Source: Chlorokybus atmophyticus
Taxonomy: Eukaryota > Plantae > Mesostigma and Chlorokybus algae
NCBI GenBank assembly: GCA_009103225.1
Contig: RHPI01000003.1
Span: 466,900 to 530,899, forward strand
Length of the DNA stretch: 64,000 bases
Direction: 5' to 3'
The position numbers and the translations under genes were made by a program. Positions 14,806-28,081 of this stretch are shown in pieces; position 1 is the stretch's first letter, and the number at the start of each line of letters is the position of its first letter. Under the pieces are notes generated by a model. The model made no database searches. It worked only from the letters and a program-made list of their open reading frames with translations, and was not told the DNA's origin.

Positions 14806-16879
14806 GGGGAGGAGAAAGAGAGTGTGGGAAGGAGAAGTGTTGAGTTGGGTAAAAGTGAGTGGGTTGGGGTTGGAGTTATCTTGTGTATGATGTGTGGTTG
14901 CATGTGTTGATGACAGGATTGACAACTGCGACTTTCGAGGTATGCTTAGCCCATTCACGTGGCAAGCATATTGCGCAAAGGCGCTGATGTTTGTATCATC
15001 AACAAACGAATAAGTTTGCTACATGGGTCCACAAACAGCTCAGCTAGCACTACAGAAAGTCTGCTATCGTGAGTCCCGCTATGTATAACTGCTCCCAGGC
15101 GGGCATTGCTAGTACGACATGACCCCGGTTAGATCACAACTGACATGAGTGAAACCATCGCGTTGTGCTTGACCCAACGAATGACCAGCCCTATCCCTAT
15201 CACGAAAGGATTTGCACGCATTATATAATACAAACATGATGCTCACGATCGAGAACACATAAAGCAATGCGCTACTATGCTTGCTCAGTGCGCGTGTGCG
15301 CGTGCATTGGTATACGTGTACGCATAGAGTGCGTGTGTGCTCGTGCAGCTTGACAAAGTGTGGCCCTGATCATGCACGCACGCACGCAAGCATGTCTCGC
15401 GCCTGCCTACCATGCACTATGCATTCTCCCTCCAGTCTGTACTGTCAGACGAGATGTACAACTTGAACCGTTACAAACAGAAGAGGTTTTTCTGAATTCC
15501 ACAGTTTCCCAAGCATGCATTCAAGTGCAATAAACATGCATACCGCCTACCGGAGCAGCAGTTACAGAACACACACGTAATGCAAAATAAATCAGAGTTT
15601 TTAAGCTATCAACACATAGTCACACATTGACAGCGAGACGGACTACTGTTCGACTGATGGATGTTCTTTCCATGATGATGATGATGATGATGATGAATGG
15701 GCTATTCACTTCATGAAAGTGTCGGCAACACCAAACAGCGATAGATTCGTTCAGTCATCGTGTTCCTCCGTTGCAGACCCACAGCTTACTGTCGGCTGAG
15801 TTGGATGCGCCGCCCCGCCCCTCCGCCAGCATGCGCGCAGCAGCCTCCATGCTGCGGCCGCCTCTGCTCGCTTAGCTAGTTGCTCGCGCAGGACAGATAA
15901 TGCCACCAGGCCAGATCAGACCAGACCAGGCCAGGCCAGGCCTGGTGCGACCGGCAGCGTCCTGCACCCCACACCCGCCTATCCCTGTCGCGGCTGAGGC
16001 GCTAGAGGCGGAGACGCCTCTCTGAACTCGAGTGCACGCTGACGACGACAAGCAGGCACACAATGTCACCGCCGCCGCCGCCGCCTGCACCGCTTAGTAA
16101 CGACGAAGATACCATCAACAACAATGACAAGTGGCTGCGCTGTTGTGTTGACTTTTGCGTACAGCCATCGCCACACGCACGCACACACGCTCTTCACTTG
16201 CCAGAGCTTGCTCAGATCATCAGCGCACGCAGCGTCACTCAACATGCAAACACATATGCGCATATGCACCTTGCCTTCTATGTACACTTGGGTTGTGCAG
16301 TCTCAGCCCGAGTATAGTGTTTACGCTGTTTATGCTCTATCGAGTGCAGCTGCTTAGTATGAATATAAAGAAAAAAAGGAGCAAAGGCGAATGTACGACT
16401 TTGCACGCGTGTGCCTGTCTGCGCGCATGTGCATGCGCAACTGCCAACAATGCGGAACAGAATTGTGCATACATATGCGTGCATAGTGTGCCTGGCACTG
16501 CTGCATATCAATAATAATAAGCACCGCCCATAGCAGCCAACATTGTCATCGCCAGTTGCTGTACGCAGTGCCAGCATTGTGTGACAACAACACCCTCAGT
16601 GACAGAGCCACTTATTGTTATTGTTTTTGCTGTCAATGTTGTGCTTGTCGAGCAGGGCACGCATAAGCGGGCGTGAATGCACACAACTGTGTGTGTGCAC
16701 GCGCGCAAGACTCTTTGCATAGCGTTCGCTTAGGAGTACGTGTTGCTTGTGTCGAGATCTTAGCAGAGTCGACAGAAGTTCTTGAAGCAGCCGTTCTGGA
16801 TGTACATCACGGCTGTGACACCTGGTGCGCAAGTATTACGCAAAGCAAGTAGTACAAACGAGCTATAGAAGTCTATGTG

Positions 16880-18171
16880 AAGTTGTTGTGGCTTCTTTAT
16901 AAACTTCCTCTAGCGGTTCCCTTTTGGCGACAGCCGCTTTGGTCGCACATGCCGCCGAGTCCGAGTCGGATGATGGTGATGAATCTAGTAGCGGCTTCGG
17001 CTTTGGCTTCATCTTCAACTTCCCCTTGCGGAGCCCTTTTCTCACAACAGGTGCTTCGGTTTCACCCAGATCCGACTCGGATGATGTTAATCTTGATAGT
17101 GCGCATGCCTGTGCCATTGCGCATGCCAGTGTCAGCTACGGCTTCATCTTCAACTTCCTCTTGCGGTTCCTTTCGTCCGCAACAGCCGCTTCGATCTCAC
17201 AGGCTTCCGAGTTTGACTCGGAAGCGTGCGAGACCGAGTCTGTCTCCCCAAGCGCGCATCTCACGTGGGCCTGCAAAGATGCTGAAACCGCGAGCATGCG
17301 TACCTCGTCTCAAGCCATCATGATGCACAGACCTACGAATGTCAGTGTGTAGAGGATGAACCTATAAGACAAGCAAGCCACGAGCACAAGTGCATGTGTG
17401 GCACACTATGCCCGCCGTAAGCCTGTGAGACTTCAGAATAGCACAGTAGCGCGTGTCCGGCCAGAGGTAAGTTGGTGCCGGTTGCATGAAGTAGTGCGCT
17501 GAGTTGACAATCTGAGTAAGACGTGGAAGCGCTCGACTGTGTGCCTGCAAGCGCTTGGCAAATGCAGGGATACATGCTTGACAAGCCGCATGGCATGTAC
17601 CTGAGTGTTGAGAAAACAGCCGCCGTAAACCAGCTCAGTACAGCGCAAGTCCACCTGACACACATCGGTCCAAATTGCGCCATCAACACCGCTGACAAAC
17701 AACCAAGTCTAAGTGAAGTACGAAGAATGCAGTAACTCTGTAGATCAAGCAACTAAAAACAGCATTAACATGGACAAACAGGCAACTCCGAGCACATAAG
17801 CAGGTCAATTCTTATAAGCGACCGGTGAAGGCAGGGCTGCATAAAGTACTGTATTCATCATGCAACCAACAGTACATGCTACGTGCCGAAACATTGTACA
17901 ATACAACCAGAGTTTGTCAATTTCGCACCATGTCACTGCAGTGTGTACACCTAGCCTCCAGCAGGTTATTGGCAAGCTCCTGTCGGCAGCTGCGGCGGCA
18001 GCTGCTGTGGCTTGTAGCAACTGCGGCAGAGTCCAGCCTTGCAGCGCGGGCACGCCATGCCTAAGCGCCATGCCCCGCACGCGCATTGCAGCTTGCGTTG
18101 ACCTGTTGGTGGTGGTGCCCGTTTTGGCCTTATTGTTCTTGTGTGGACAAGCTCGGGTTGCAGCATGCAAT
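16880..18171 (-). pseudogene. B-box-like family copy 1 (degenerate): Cys exon 1, Cys exon 2, acidic/basic tail, no propeller
   Basis: CACGAWRLGMACPRCKAGLCRSCY (~17.95-18.1 kb) and VDLRCTELVYGGCFLNTQ (~17.6 kb); the start codon is mutated to ATT and there are frameshifts. Confidence 0.65.
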
Positions 18172-19776
18172 CCCTCCTGCCTGCATAATGTGGTTTTTCA
18201 CGTGCACCTCCAGGCAAATGCACTACCTTAAACAGTAGCCTGAAGCAGCAGCACGTAGGCTCGCGCTCGACTGCATATTACACCTGCACGAGCTCCTGCT
18301 TGCATGAAAGCAGGAGCTTCACAGAGCTCGAAACACTATTACAACACCCACCCCCCCCTCCCCCCGCAGATAACAAACTTCACAAATTGCGCGTGCAGGC
18401 TGGCTATTATGGCACGCTCAGCCGCATTGCTACCTTGATGACATACTATGGTTGCGCCACGGCGCTTGAATGCTTGCCTTGCCTATACCATAGAATACTT
18501 TTGTATAGGTAAGACAAGCATGCAACTAGAGTATACTCTAGTATAGTATAGGTAAGGCAAGCATGCAAGCGCCGTAGCGCAACTGCAGCAAAACACCTTC
18601 CTGGCCATAGTAAACATATGGTACCAGCTGCTCCGTGCCTTGCTAGTAGTAGATGCACCCACCAACTGCCACTACTGCTACACAAACCCGTCAGTGTGCT
18701 ACACGTTCAACAAAACTGCCTGCTTGCTTCCACGCCGCAAGCACGACCTGACCGACGGTGCTGAGTGTTGTGGACCTCACCTGGTGCTTGGCTGTTCTAT
18801 GCAATTAGAGGAACAGTCTCATCAGGTGGTTGTGTACGTGTGCGTTATTGATTCTGCTGCTGAACTTGCGCTACGTCATGCTGAGCGCTCATGCTGCTGC
18901 CACAACAGACACCCACATGCTTGCCATAACAAGCTCTGCAGTTGGTCGTGCTCGACTGCTGCACCGCACCTTCACATGAAGCTGACGCAGCGACAGTCAC
19001 CAACCACCCCACCCAACCCGTTCCCCTCGACCGCGTCCGCCGCCGCCGCCGCCGCCGCCACCTCAACAGCCACACCCCAATATAAAGCACGCTTGTCGCC
19101 AAGCAGTGCGACGCTCTCCTGCGCCTGCCGCACTGCTATGCCGTTATTGCAACGGCAGCGGCGGCTACCAAGGAGGGGGAGCAGGAGAAGAAGAAGAAGA
19201 TAGGAGGAGAAGGTAGTGGTCGACAACTGTTGCGTGCTCAGCTTTGAGGTGTGTGTGGTGTGGCAGTCGGAAAAGGATCTCAGCCTAAGAGCTCTAAGGT
19301 CGCACACAGTGGTGTGGTCCTGCCACAGTTGTGATGTGGCAGCAGGGCAACGTGTAGCAAGCTGACACGAGTGTGAAGCGGCAGTGGCGATTATTGGGTT
19401 GCGTGTGCATGCATGCTGTACAACGCACGGGAGCCGCCTGTAATAGCTGGTTGATGATATAGGGCTGCATTGCTTGCGCTAAGGCGCTTGTTTGCTTGCC
19501 TGACCTACACTCAAAAAAGGTCACCACTACGATAGTGGTGCAGCTGAAGTGTGTATCCAGCTAGTGTGCGCGCAGTGTGTGTTGCGATGTTTATTGTCTC
19601 CTTTGAAAGGGACCATTCAGCGTTTCAAGCTCCATGAGCTCCTGCTTTCTTGCTGCTTGCAAGCATGAGCTCGTGCATGGCTGTGGTGTACAGCCAACGT
19701 GCCTGCGTGCATGTTTGCAGTCGCCTGCAGGGCATATAGCAAACCACATCCACCATATGTTGCTTTGTTGCAGCGG

Positions 19777-20530
19777 ATGGCATGCGGCAACCCGAGCTTG
19801 TCCACACACAAGGACAAGGAGCAGGTCAAAACGGGCAACACCAACAGCAGTTGCATTGCCCGTTCGGGCATGGCGGTTAGGCGCGGCGTGGCTGCGATGT
19901 GGGGCTGCACTCTGCCGCTGCTACAGACACCAGCACCACCGCAGCTGCCGACGGGAGCTTGCCAACAATGTAATGGACGTTACATGCCCACACTTGACAT
20001 AGTGCGAAGTAACAGACTTTGGTTGACTTGTTTCAGCATGTAGCATATGTTGTTGGTTGTCCTGGTTGCTCGTGCTTGTTGGCTGTAGTGCTTTATACGG
20101 TCCTGCGTTCAACAGTCAATAGGATCTCTGCGACCTGTTGGACTGTTTGGATGCTTGTTGGTTCATTTGCCTTCCTGTCTGTTTGCGCATTTGCTTTCAT
20201 CCTGATTGGTTGACGCTTCCAAGCATTGCATTGGCGGCTTGTTAACAGCGTCGAGTGGATACCAAATAGAAACGTGTAGCAGGTGGATCTGCAATTCCTG
20301 CGTTGTGGTACGCTCCAACTTTGCAGCGGCTTTCTCAACACTCACCTACTTGCGGTTCACTGTTGCCGTGCGGCTTGCAAGTCTATCAACACTTGCACAG
20401 AATCAAGCGCTGCCAAGTTTCATCAAACTATCAGCTCAGCATCAGTGCTATGCGTCCGGCACCATCTCACCTCTGATTCTAACCTCGCACGCATGCGCTG
20501 CTATATTGACACGACTGCTTACCAAAGCAG
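19777..20530 (+). pseudogene. B-box-like family copy 2 (degenerate)
   Basis: ATG GCA TGC GGC AAC CCG start, AWRLGAAWLRCGAALCRCY...RSCRRELANNVMDVTCPH, exon 2 VDLQFLRCGT..CSGFLNTH, exon MRCYIDTTAYQS with a GT donor; frameshifted. Confidence 0.65.
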
Positions 20531-22049
20531 GTACGCTACTATATACTATCCATCTGGAACGAGTTTAAGATGGATAGTATGTGCTACAACCGGGTCCGGT
20601 TGTAGCACATACTATCCATTAACATAGAGTTGACATAGAGTTCTACTTGAATGTTAATGCATGTAACAATCAGTACTACTGATTGTTCGGAGCACTAACA
20701 TTGATATCGCAGCCGGTTCAGCACTGCAGTAGATTGCGGCTAACACAAGCACTCCTTGGCTGCCACCTTCCGGTTGGCCTCATCGTAAGCACTGCAACAC
20801 TCAGCATGTGTCAGAACTGCTGTGCTTGAATTGACATGCGTGCGTGCGTGCGTGCGTGTCTCAGTTTTCATCAATGTTGATTGGGGGCAACTATCAGTTG
20901 CCAACCAATCGATGCACTACACCATAAAAGTGCATTACAACTGCGCTCCTCCCCGCCCTAGTATCCGCTCGCCTCTTCATATCCACCTCCAGCTCCTTGG
21001 AGTAGGCCTCCCTTTGCTTATCCTACACCTTTGCCTCCACACGTCCCCTTTCACCAATGCCTCCTTCTTCTTGGGCACCTTAGCACCCCTTCTGCTCCTT
21101 CCCCTGCATCACCTTGGCACGCTCCTCGTCCTTCCCCTGCACCTAGGAGGAACCCAAGAAGCAGGCCTGCTTCTTGGGTTGCTATCCTCCTGCTCCTTAT
21201 GGTTGTTGCTGACTGTTCTTCTTATGCTTGTCCTCCTGGCCCTCCAGGAGAAGAACCACCAGTTCTCTGCCGCTGCTTCTCTGCCGCTGCCTGTCGTGTC
21301 TCTCTTGTGCACGTCTTTCTCTTGCGCAAGCTTATGTCTGCGCTGACACACGTCGCGAACGCTTCGAGAAAATGTCAAACCAGGTGCAGACATGAGTAGT
21401 AAGTTATCAGTCATTGCGCCGTGAGAGAACATTAGCAATGGCAGCAAGCAACACATTGAATGCTGAGTGTTTAATGACGAATCTCATTGAGCGAGAGAAC
21501 AACAACAGCCAGGGGGATGACTGCCAGACGACAAGGGTGCATCAACTCAACTGGAAGTCCCGATCATCCTTCATGTAAGTTTGTGCCGTATACTGCTTGA
21601 CTGGTAACGAAGCTTGTGTCGTTGCATGCAAACCAGTGACACCCGGTAATTCCATGTGGCAAAATACTACCCTCTGACGGCCACGGCGGCCACGGCGAAG
21701 GCCTTACCGCTGTGGACTACTAGTAGAAAGTATCTTCAACAAGGCAGCCCAGTTCTGTCATACTCTCTGTGTATACTGCTGTGTACCGGTGCAGTGTAGC
21801 AATGGCCACCATCGGCAGTGCACATAAATTCAAAGTACCACCTGTGTACGTTACCTCAATTCTCGCCCCCCCCGCCCCGGTCCGCTAATACACTGCCTGG
21901 CAGGACGCCGTTCCATTCTTGATATGTGTATAGACGGCGACTGGCTCTGTTTATTGACCGCGCAAAGGCAATGCTTTGCGCAACATGCAGCATTGCACAC
22001 ACAACCTATGAGGCATAACGTCTTTTGTACAAGACTTGAGTGCCACTCA

Positions 22050-22316
22050 TGATGACCAGCCTGGGGACACCACATGATTGTGAGTACTAACCTTATTTAA
22101 GCACACGTATATCACCTTGCACCATTGGTGCAAGGTGACAACACTGGAATGTGGAGTGACTGGCAGTCGCGGTGCCGGCATTTGAAATAAGGTAAGTGGG
22201 TGCGTGGTCCCGCAGCGTAGGCACACCGCTTGCATCTGCCACGTGCGCGACGCTGTTGTTGCCCGCGTGGGTCTCCCCTGCTCATGTGTGCGCGCTTAGC
22301 TTGCTGCATGCCGTTG
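22050..22316 (-). pseudogene. B-box-like family copy 3 (subtype II remnant)
   Basis: Degenerate ...AVCLRCG motif plus the downstream atgtggtgtccccaggctggtca block shared with copies at 28.4 and 32.57 kb. Confidence 0.5.
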
Positions 22317-22796
22317 TCTGAAACACAGCAGGAGGAATGTGACCTTCATGTCCAGCTCGCTGTCCCAGCTGCAAACAAGCTGGGTGCTTGGCTGTACGCA
22401 ATACAATCGCATTCACCCAGCAACAAAGGCACTTATTGTCATCGGTGTGTGGTGTTGTAGTAGGTGGTGGTTACTGCTGGACAGTGTCCAGCAGGGGCAT
22501 GCACGATTTCTGTACAACGTGTGCACACATGTTACTGACATCTGCATAAGAGCGCTTAGTATGCGCGCGCTTTTGCAAGACTCTTCACATGATGTCAGTA
22601 ACATCCGCATAAGAGCAATCGAGGCTTTTGTTGGAAACTACTTACTTTTACGAGCTCCGACTCGGGAGCGCGCAGAGCGCCCAAGTCTGCGAATGTGCCT
22701 AAAGCACTTGCACACATGTACATGCCATGACACATCAAATGCCATAGTTGTTCACGGCATGCCGACAACTAAGCAAAGCGATAGTAAAAGCAAGCT

Positions 22797-25021
22797 TCAT
22801 ACGAAATCCAAAATGAGAAGTTGTCCTTTGCTTGCAAAACACGCAAGTCCTGCAGGGCTTACTGCCGGATCCGTGCACAATGCGCGGGTGTCTTTCCACT
22901 GTCCGGGCTCACACAGCGTCACACGGTTGTAGTTATAGACAACTCCTTGACCACGCCCATTGCCAAGTTGGTGAGAAAATACATTCCATGCAGGGTACGG
23001 CAAGTGGCGTAACCTCCCCTCACCTGCCAAAAGCCCACCTGGCCTGGCATTGTGAGCGTGGTTTCCATGCTGTGCAGTGTGCCCTCTCCCTTCAAGTTGA
23101 AGCTCACATACACCAAAGGGCTGAGCAGCACACACGGCTCGGGCAAATCACCCGCGCAAAACACCGTCGCCCAATCATTGTTGGCGTCTTGCACAGTGAA
23201 AGAGCAGTTCTGGTAGACTCCAAACAAGGCCCTGCCCTCGTCCATGAACGCGCTGCAGCAAATGTTTGGCGCCACGTCCTCCAGAAGCTTTGTCTTCACA
23301 GGATTCTCAGTGCTGATCTCACTCACCCGCAACGTGCATTGCCTGGTGTCCTGGTTGATTGCAGCTGGCAAGTTTATCCTCGCACGCACTCAAGATTTGC
23401 AAGTCCGTACACACAACGCGACACTCTTGGACGCGTCCCCTGGTTACGTCCGCCTTCGCCAAGATTGTGCGTCCGGAAAAAGACTGCGCAACCACGTGAC
23501 AGATGGTGTTAGCTGCTAGCCCGTACACCCACATGCGCGCAAGAACGCCCATCTTTGCCTCCACCGGGAGTGTGACCAGCCGCGTAGCTGTGTATGCCAG
23601 CTTGCTATAAGTGAGGTAGCTGACCAGTTGCGTATAGGAGATTGAACGCTGGGCGTCATAACGCAGGACTTCGCAAATGACGAATTCGCCATAGAAAAGT
23701 GTGCTGTTGGGCAGTCTAGATGCCACAGCCAACTCCTGTGACTGCGACGGCTGACACCGCGACGCTCTTCGCACTATACTCAAGCTGCCGCCCAGCGGCC
23801 AGGTCACAGACTTGGGATGGAAGTATGGTGGTGCTCTGACCAGCCCGCTTGCTGCAGCATCGAAGTCTCCCTGCACTCGACGTACCTTCGGCTGAGGCTC
23901 CTCGTCCTTCCCCTCCTCCTTCTCCTCCTCCTCCTCCTCCTGCCCTTCCTCCTCTTTGTGCTTCTCCTCCACCTCATCAACACTCTTCTCCTCCTGCGCT
24001 GCTGCTGATGACGGTGATGACGGTGGTGGTGACTTCTCCCTCTCGCGGTTGCCTTCAACTGCTACAGCCTGTAGGGGCTGAGCCTTTACAATCTTATGTG
24101 CTGCAGAGCCCGCCTCAGCAGGATTTGACTCAGGTCTTCTCTCAGCTCTGCTCTCAGGCTCAGGTATGCTTGTCGCTGCTGCTACTGGCGGTGGGGACTC
24201 ATCAACGTTGACATCGGTGTTTGGCAGAGCACAGCATGTCTCGTGGGCCTGAACACAATGATGAAACGGTGGGCATGCGTAACTCAATGGAAGGCATACA
24301 CAGACCTACGCATGACAGAATCTGCAGAATAGTCGGCATGCGCGGAGGGGNNNNNNNNNNNNNNNNNNNNNNNNNNNNNNNNNNNNNNNNNNNNNNNNNN
24401 NNNNNNNNNNNNNNNNNNNNNNNNNNNNNNNNNNNNNNNNNNNNNNNNNNNNNNNNNNNNNNNNNNNNNNNNNNNNNNNNNNNNNNNNNNNNNNNNNNNN
24501 NNNNNNNNNNNNNNNNNNNNNNNNNNNNNNNNNNNGGGGGGCGCCTACTGGTGTGTGTGTGTGCCTATTTTAGTAAGCATTAGTGCCAGTACAGTCGCAT
24601 GCATGTGAGGTCAGAGACAATGACGGTGATGGCATAGCTGATGCTGAGTTGACACTACAAAAAACTTGGCAGCGCTTGCCAGGGACTCAGTGTGACCAAC
24701 ACTTGCACAGACGCTCTGTGCAAGTTTTGGGCATACATACATACATACCCAACGACAACGCGTATAGCAACAGTCAGTCACAAGTACCTGGGTGTTGATG
24801 AAGCAACCGCTGCAAACCAGCTCAGTACAGCGTAGGCAGCGCAACTCCACCTGCACAGAAGTTTCAGTTCGATGCGCACTCAACGCCGTTGGCGAACTTT
24901 GGCCATTAAATAGCCAACGTGCAGAGTGCACTCACAGAACCCTTGCTACTACTACTACTTGGTGTTGCTCTTTTTGGCCTCCTCGTTCTTGTGTGGACGT
25001 GCTCGGCTTACCGCCTGCCAT
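22797..25021 (-). pseudogene. B-box-like family copy 4: start exon with Cys motif 1 deleted, Cys exon 2, acidic linker and full propeller-like domain with 2 frameshifts
   Basis: Overlapping ORFs 23319-24287, 22919-23389 and 22797-23135 join into one protein (EPQPKVRR...LLEDVAPNICCSAFMDEGRALFGVYQ...LCEPGQWKDTRALCTDPAVSPAGLACFASKGQLLILDFV*); exon VELRCLRCTELVCSGCFINTQ at ~24.79-24.85 kb. Confidence 0.75.
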
Positions 25022-26174
25022 TCTGCAACAGCAGGCAGGTCACTATGTCTAGTCTAGTTCGCTGTACCAACTGCAATCAAGCTCAGCCAGTGGTGCTTGG
25101 CTGTACCATACATGCAGAAGCACATACTGCAAGCAGGCTGCGGCCCACTGCCTGTGCGTTGATGTTGCACGCGCGTTTGCACGCGCATTTATGCACATGC
25201 GCATTCCATGCAGTGTCATGACGCAGCAGCGCGGATCACATACATGCACGCACATACATGTGCTGGGTAGTGTTTGGCTGCTTGTGCGCTAATGCTGCTG
25301 CTATATGCGGCAGATCATGCTCAGCGCTGATGCCACACATACGCATATCCTTGCCACCACGAACACTGACACTGCAGCTCCCAGCTGCAGTGTCAGGTTG
25401 AGTCAAGCTAACCAACTGCTGCACCGCACCTTACGCATGAGGCAGCGAGCGTCATCCACCCCACCACGCTACCCCCACACCGCTCGCCAGAAGCACCACA
25501 CCGTTTTCCCTCGTCCGCCCGCCGCCGCCAGCTGCAGCTCAACCACAGCCAACGTGAAGCATGCTTGTCTCCCACTATGATGATGTCACAGTTGGACGCA
25601 CTCTCCCGCGCTGCAGCTGGTCGCAAGCTTCTGTGCCGTCGTTGCGGCGGCGGCGGCGGCTACTGAGGAGGGGAGCAGGAGGTGAAGGTGGAGACACAGA
25701 AGGAGGAGAAGGCAGTAGTTGACGACTGTTGCGTCTCAGCTCCAAGGTGCGTGGTGTGGTAGCTGGAACTGGACCTCAAGCTTGAGAGCTGAGGCCCACA
25801 GTGGCCCACCAAGTCAGGTCCGGCGTGTGGCAGCAAGCCGAATTGTGAGCACACTGAAACGGTTGTGAGTGACTGTGGCTTTGGGTGTGCATGCAACTAG
25901 ACAACCATAACAATGGACGGGAGCCGCTGGTACTTAGCTGTTGGATATGTCGCCTGCTTTGCGCTAGCTACGGCGCTTGTATGCTTGCCTGACCTGTACC
26001 CAAGTTGAGGTCAACATTATGGTGACGGTGCGGTTGAAGTGTCTCCTTTCATGCTTGCAAGCATGATCTCAAGCATGGCTGTACTGTCACAGCCATATGC
26101 GCGCCTGCTTGCTTTCACAGTCGCCTGTGAGCACGTGCATGTAGCAAACTACCTGCTTCTATTGTTACAGGCAG

Positions 26175-27556
26175 ATGGCATGCGGCAACCAGAGCTTGTC
26201 CACACAAGGAGGACAAGGAGGAGGCCAGAATGGGCAATAGCAACAACAGTTGCCATGCCCATGCGGGGCTTGGCGGTTAAGCGCCGCGTGCCTGCGCTGT
26301 GGAACTGCACTGTGCCGCAGCTGCTACAAGCACCAGCACCTCCGCAGCTGCCGCAGGGGACTTGCCAATGGTCTGCTGGACGCTAGATGCCCACACTGCC
26401 TCGACATGGTGCGAGGAGGAGGAGGATGAGCCTCAGCCAAAGGTGCGCCGAGTGCAGAAGGTCGTGCAGGACGACTTGATTGCTGCAGCCAGCGGGCTGG
26501 TCAGGGAATTAGTATACGTACCTCCCAAGTCTTTGAGCTAGCGGCAAGGTACAAACTTGCGAAAAACGTTTCGGAATGATCAGCCACTGCAGCCACCGAA
26601 GTTGTCTTCCTGGTCACGACTGCCCAACCACATTATATGGCGACTTTGTCATCTGCGAGGAAGTTCAATTTCATCATCATGGGTCCCATCGTTTCATCTC
26701 GTCAACACGGCTGGTCAGCTACCTCGTTAGCAGATTGAAGCTGGAACCCCGAGCCTAGCTTCAAAGCAGATAAGCGGCTGATCACTTTTTCAGAGGCAAA
26801 CTTGGACATTCCTGCGCACATGTGGGCGTCTGGGATAGCAGCTCCAACTCTCTGTCACTTAGTTGTGCAGTCGCTTTCCGGTCGCACATCCCTCGCAAAG
26901 GCGAATCTAAGGAAGGGACAAGTCACGTTCCGGGCTGGGCGTCCACACTTGGAAGTCTTGAGCGCATTTCAGGACCATGTTGCCACCTGCGTATCCAGTT
27001 AAACCACGATGCAATGCACGTTGGGGGTGAGTAAGTTCAGCACTAACGTCCTTATAAAGAAGAAGCTCCTGAAGGACGTGTCGGCAAACATACGCTGCAG
27101 CGCGTTTATGGATGAGGGCGACACGTTGTTTGGAGGATATCAAAACTACTCATTTGTCGTGTTGGACGCCAACAACAATTGGGCGACGGTGTTTCGCACG
27201 AGTTCGGTGCTCGGGCCGTGTGTGCTGCTCAGCCTTTCTGTGTATGTGAGCCTTGACTTCAATGGAGAGGGCAAACTGCACAGCATGGACAGCACACTTA
27301 CAGTGCCAGGCCGTGTGGGCTTTTGGCAGGTGAGGGGATGTTACATCACTTGTCGAATCTTTGAAGGACTGACTTTCCTTGCCAATTTGGCAACTGGCAT
27401 GGTCAAGGAGATCATCTACTACAGGGACTGTGTGATGTTGTGCGAGCCCGGATGTGGGAACATGACCGCACGACGTGCGCTGATCTGGCAGTCAGCCCTG
27501 AAGGACTGGTGTGTTTTGCAAGCCAACGACAATTACTCATTCTAGACTTCGTTTGA
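26175..27556 (+). pseudogene. B-box-like family copy 5: Cys exon 1 fused by deletion to the linker end and propeller-like domain; nonsense codons and frameshifts
   Basis: MACGNQSLSTQ...CPCGAWRLSAACLRCGTALCRSCYKHQHLRSCRRGLANGLLDARCPHCLDM is followed immediately by EEEDEPQPKVRRVQ, then LLKDVSANIRCSAFMDEGDTLFGGYQ...QLLILDFV*. Confidence 0.75.
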
Positions 27557-28081
27557 AACTCGCTTTTATCGCTTTGCTCATTGTTGGCGTGTACATCAAG
27601 TATGCCATGGCAGGTGTACATGTCTGGAAGTGCTTCAGGCATTTTGGCAGACTCAGGAGCAAAGCTTGAAAAAAGAAAAGCCTGATTTTTGCTTGTGCTG
27701 CTCACATCAGAAGCCACAAATGCTCTTTTGCGGACACTATTTTGCTGGCAGTGTGGACATCACTACATTGCATACTTTGTACACATTTCATATGCACCAG
27801 CTTGTACACACACATTCACACTACGCATCTGATGTACACATGCGTGCACGCATACTTCAATCGCGCCCTGGTCGATAGAGCCCAAACCACCAACGCGTGA
27901 TGGCGTACGCCATCACCACCACCACCCCTAACAATAATAACAACGACGACAACAATTACTAGTAGTAGCTCTGTTGCCGAGTGCCTTTCTTGTGCTGGCA
28001 CTTCGTACAGCGAAGCACCAGCCTGAGTGCGGCGATACAGCGTCATAGGCATGTAGATATAAATCCATCATGTTGCAGACA

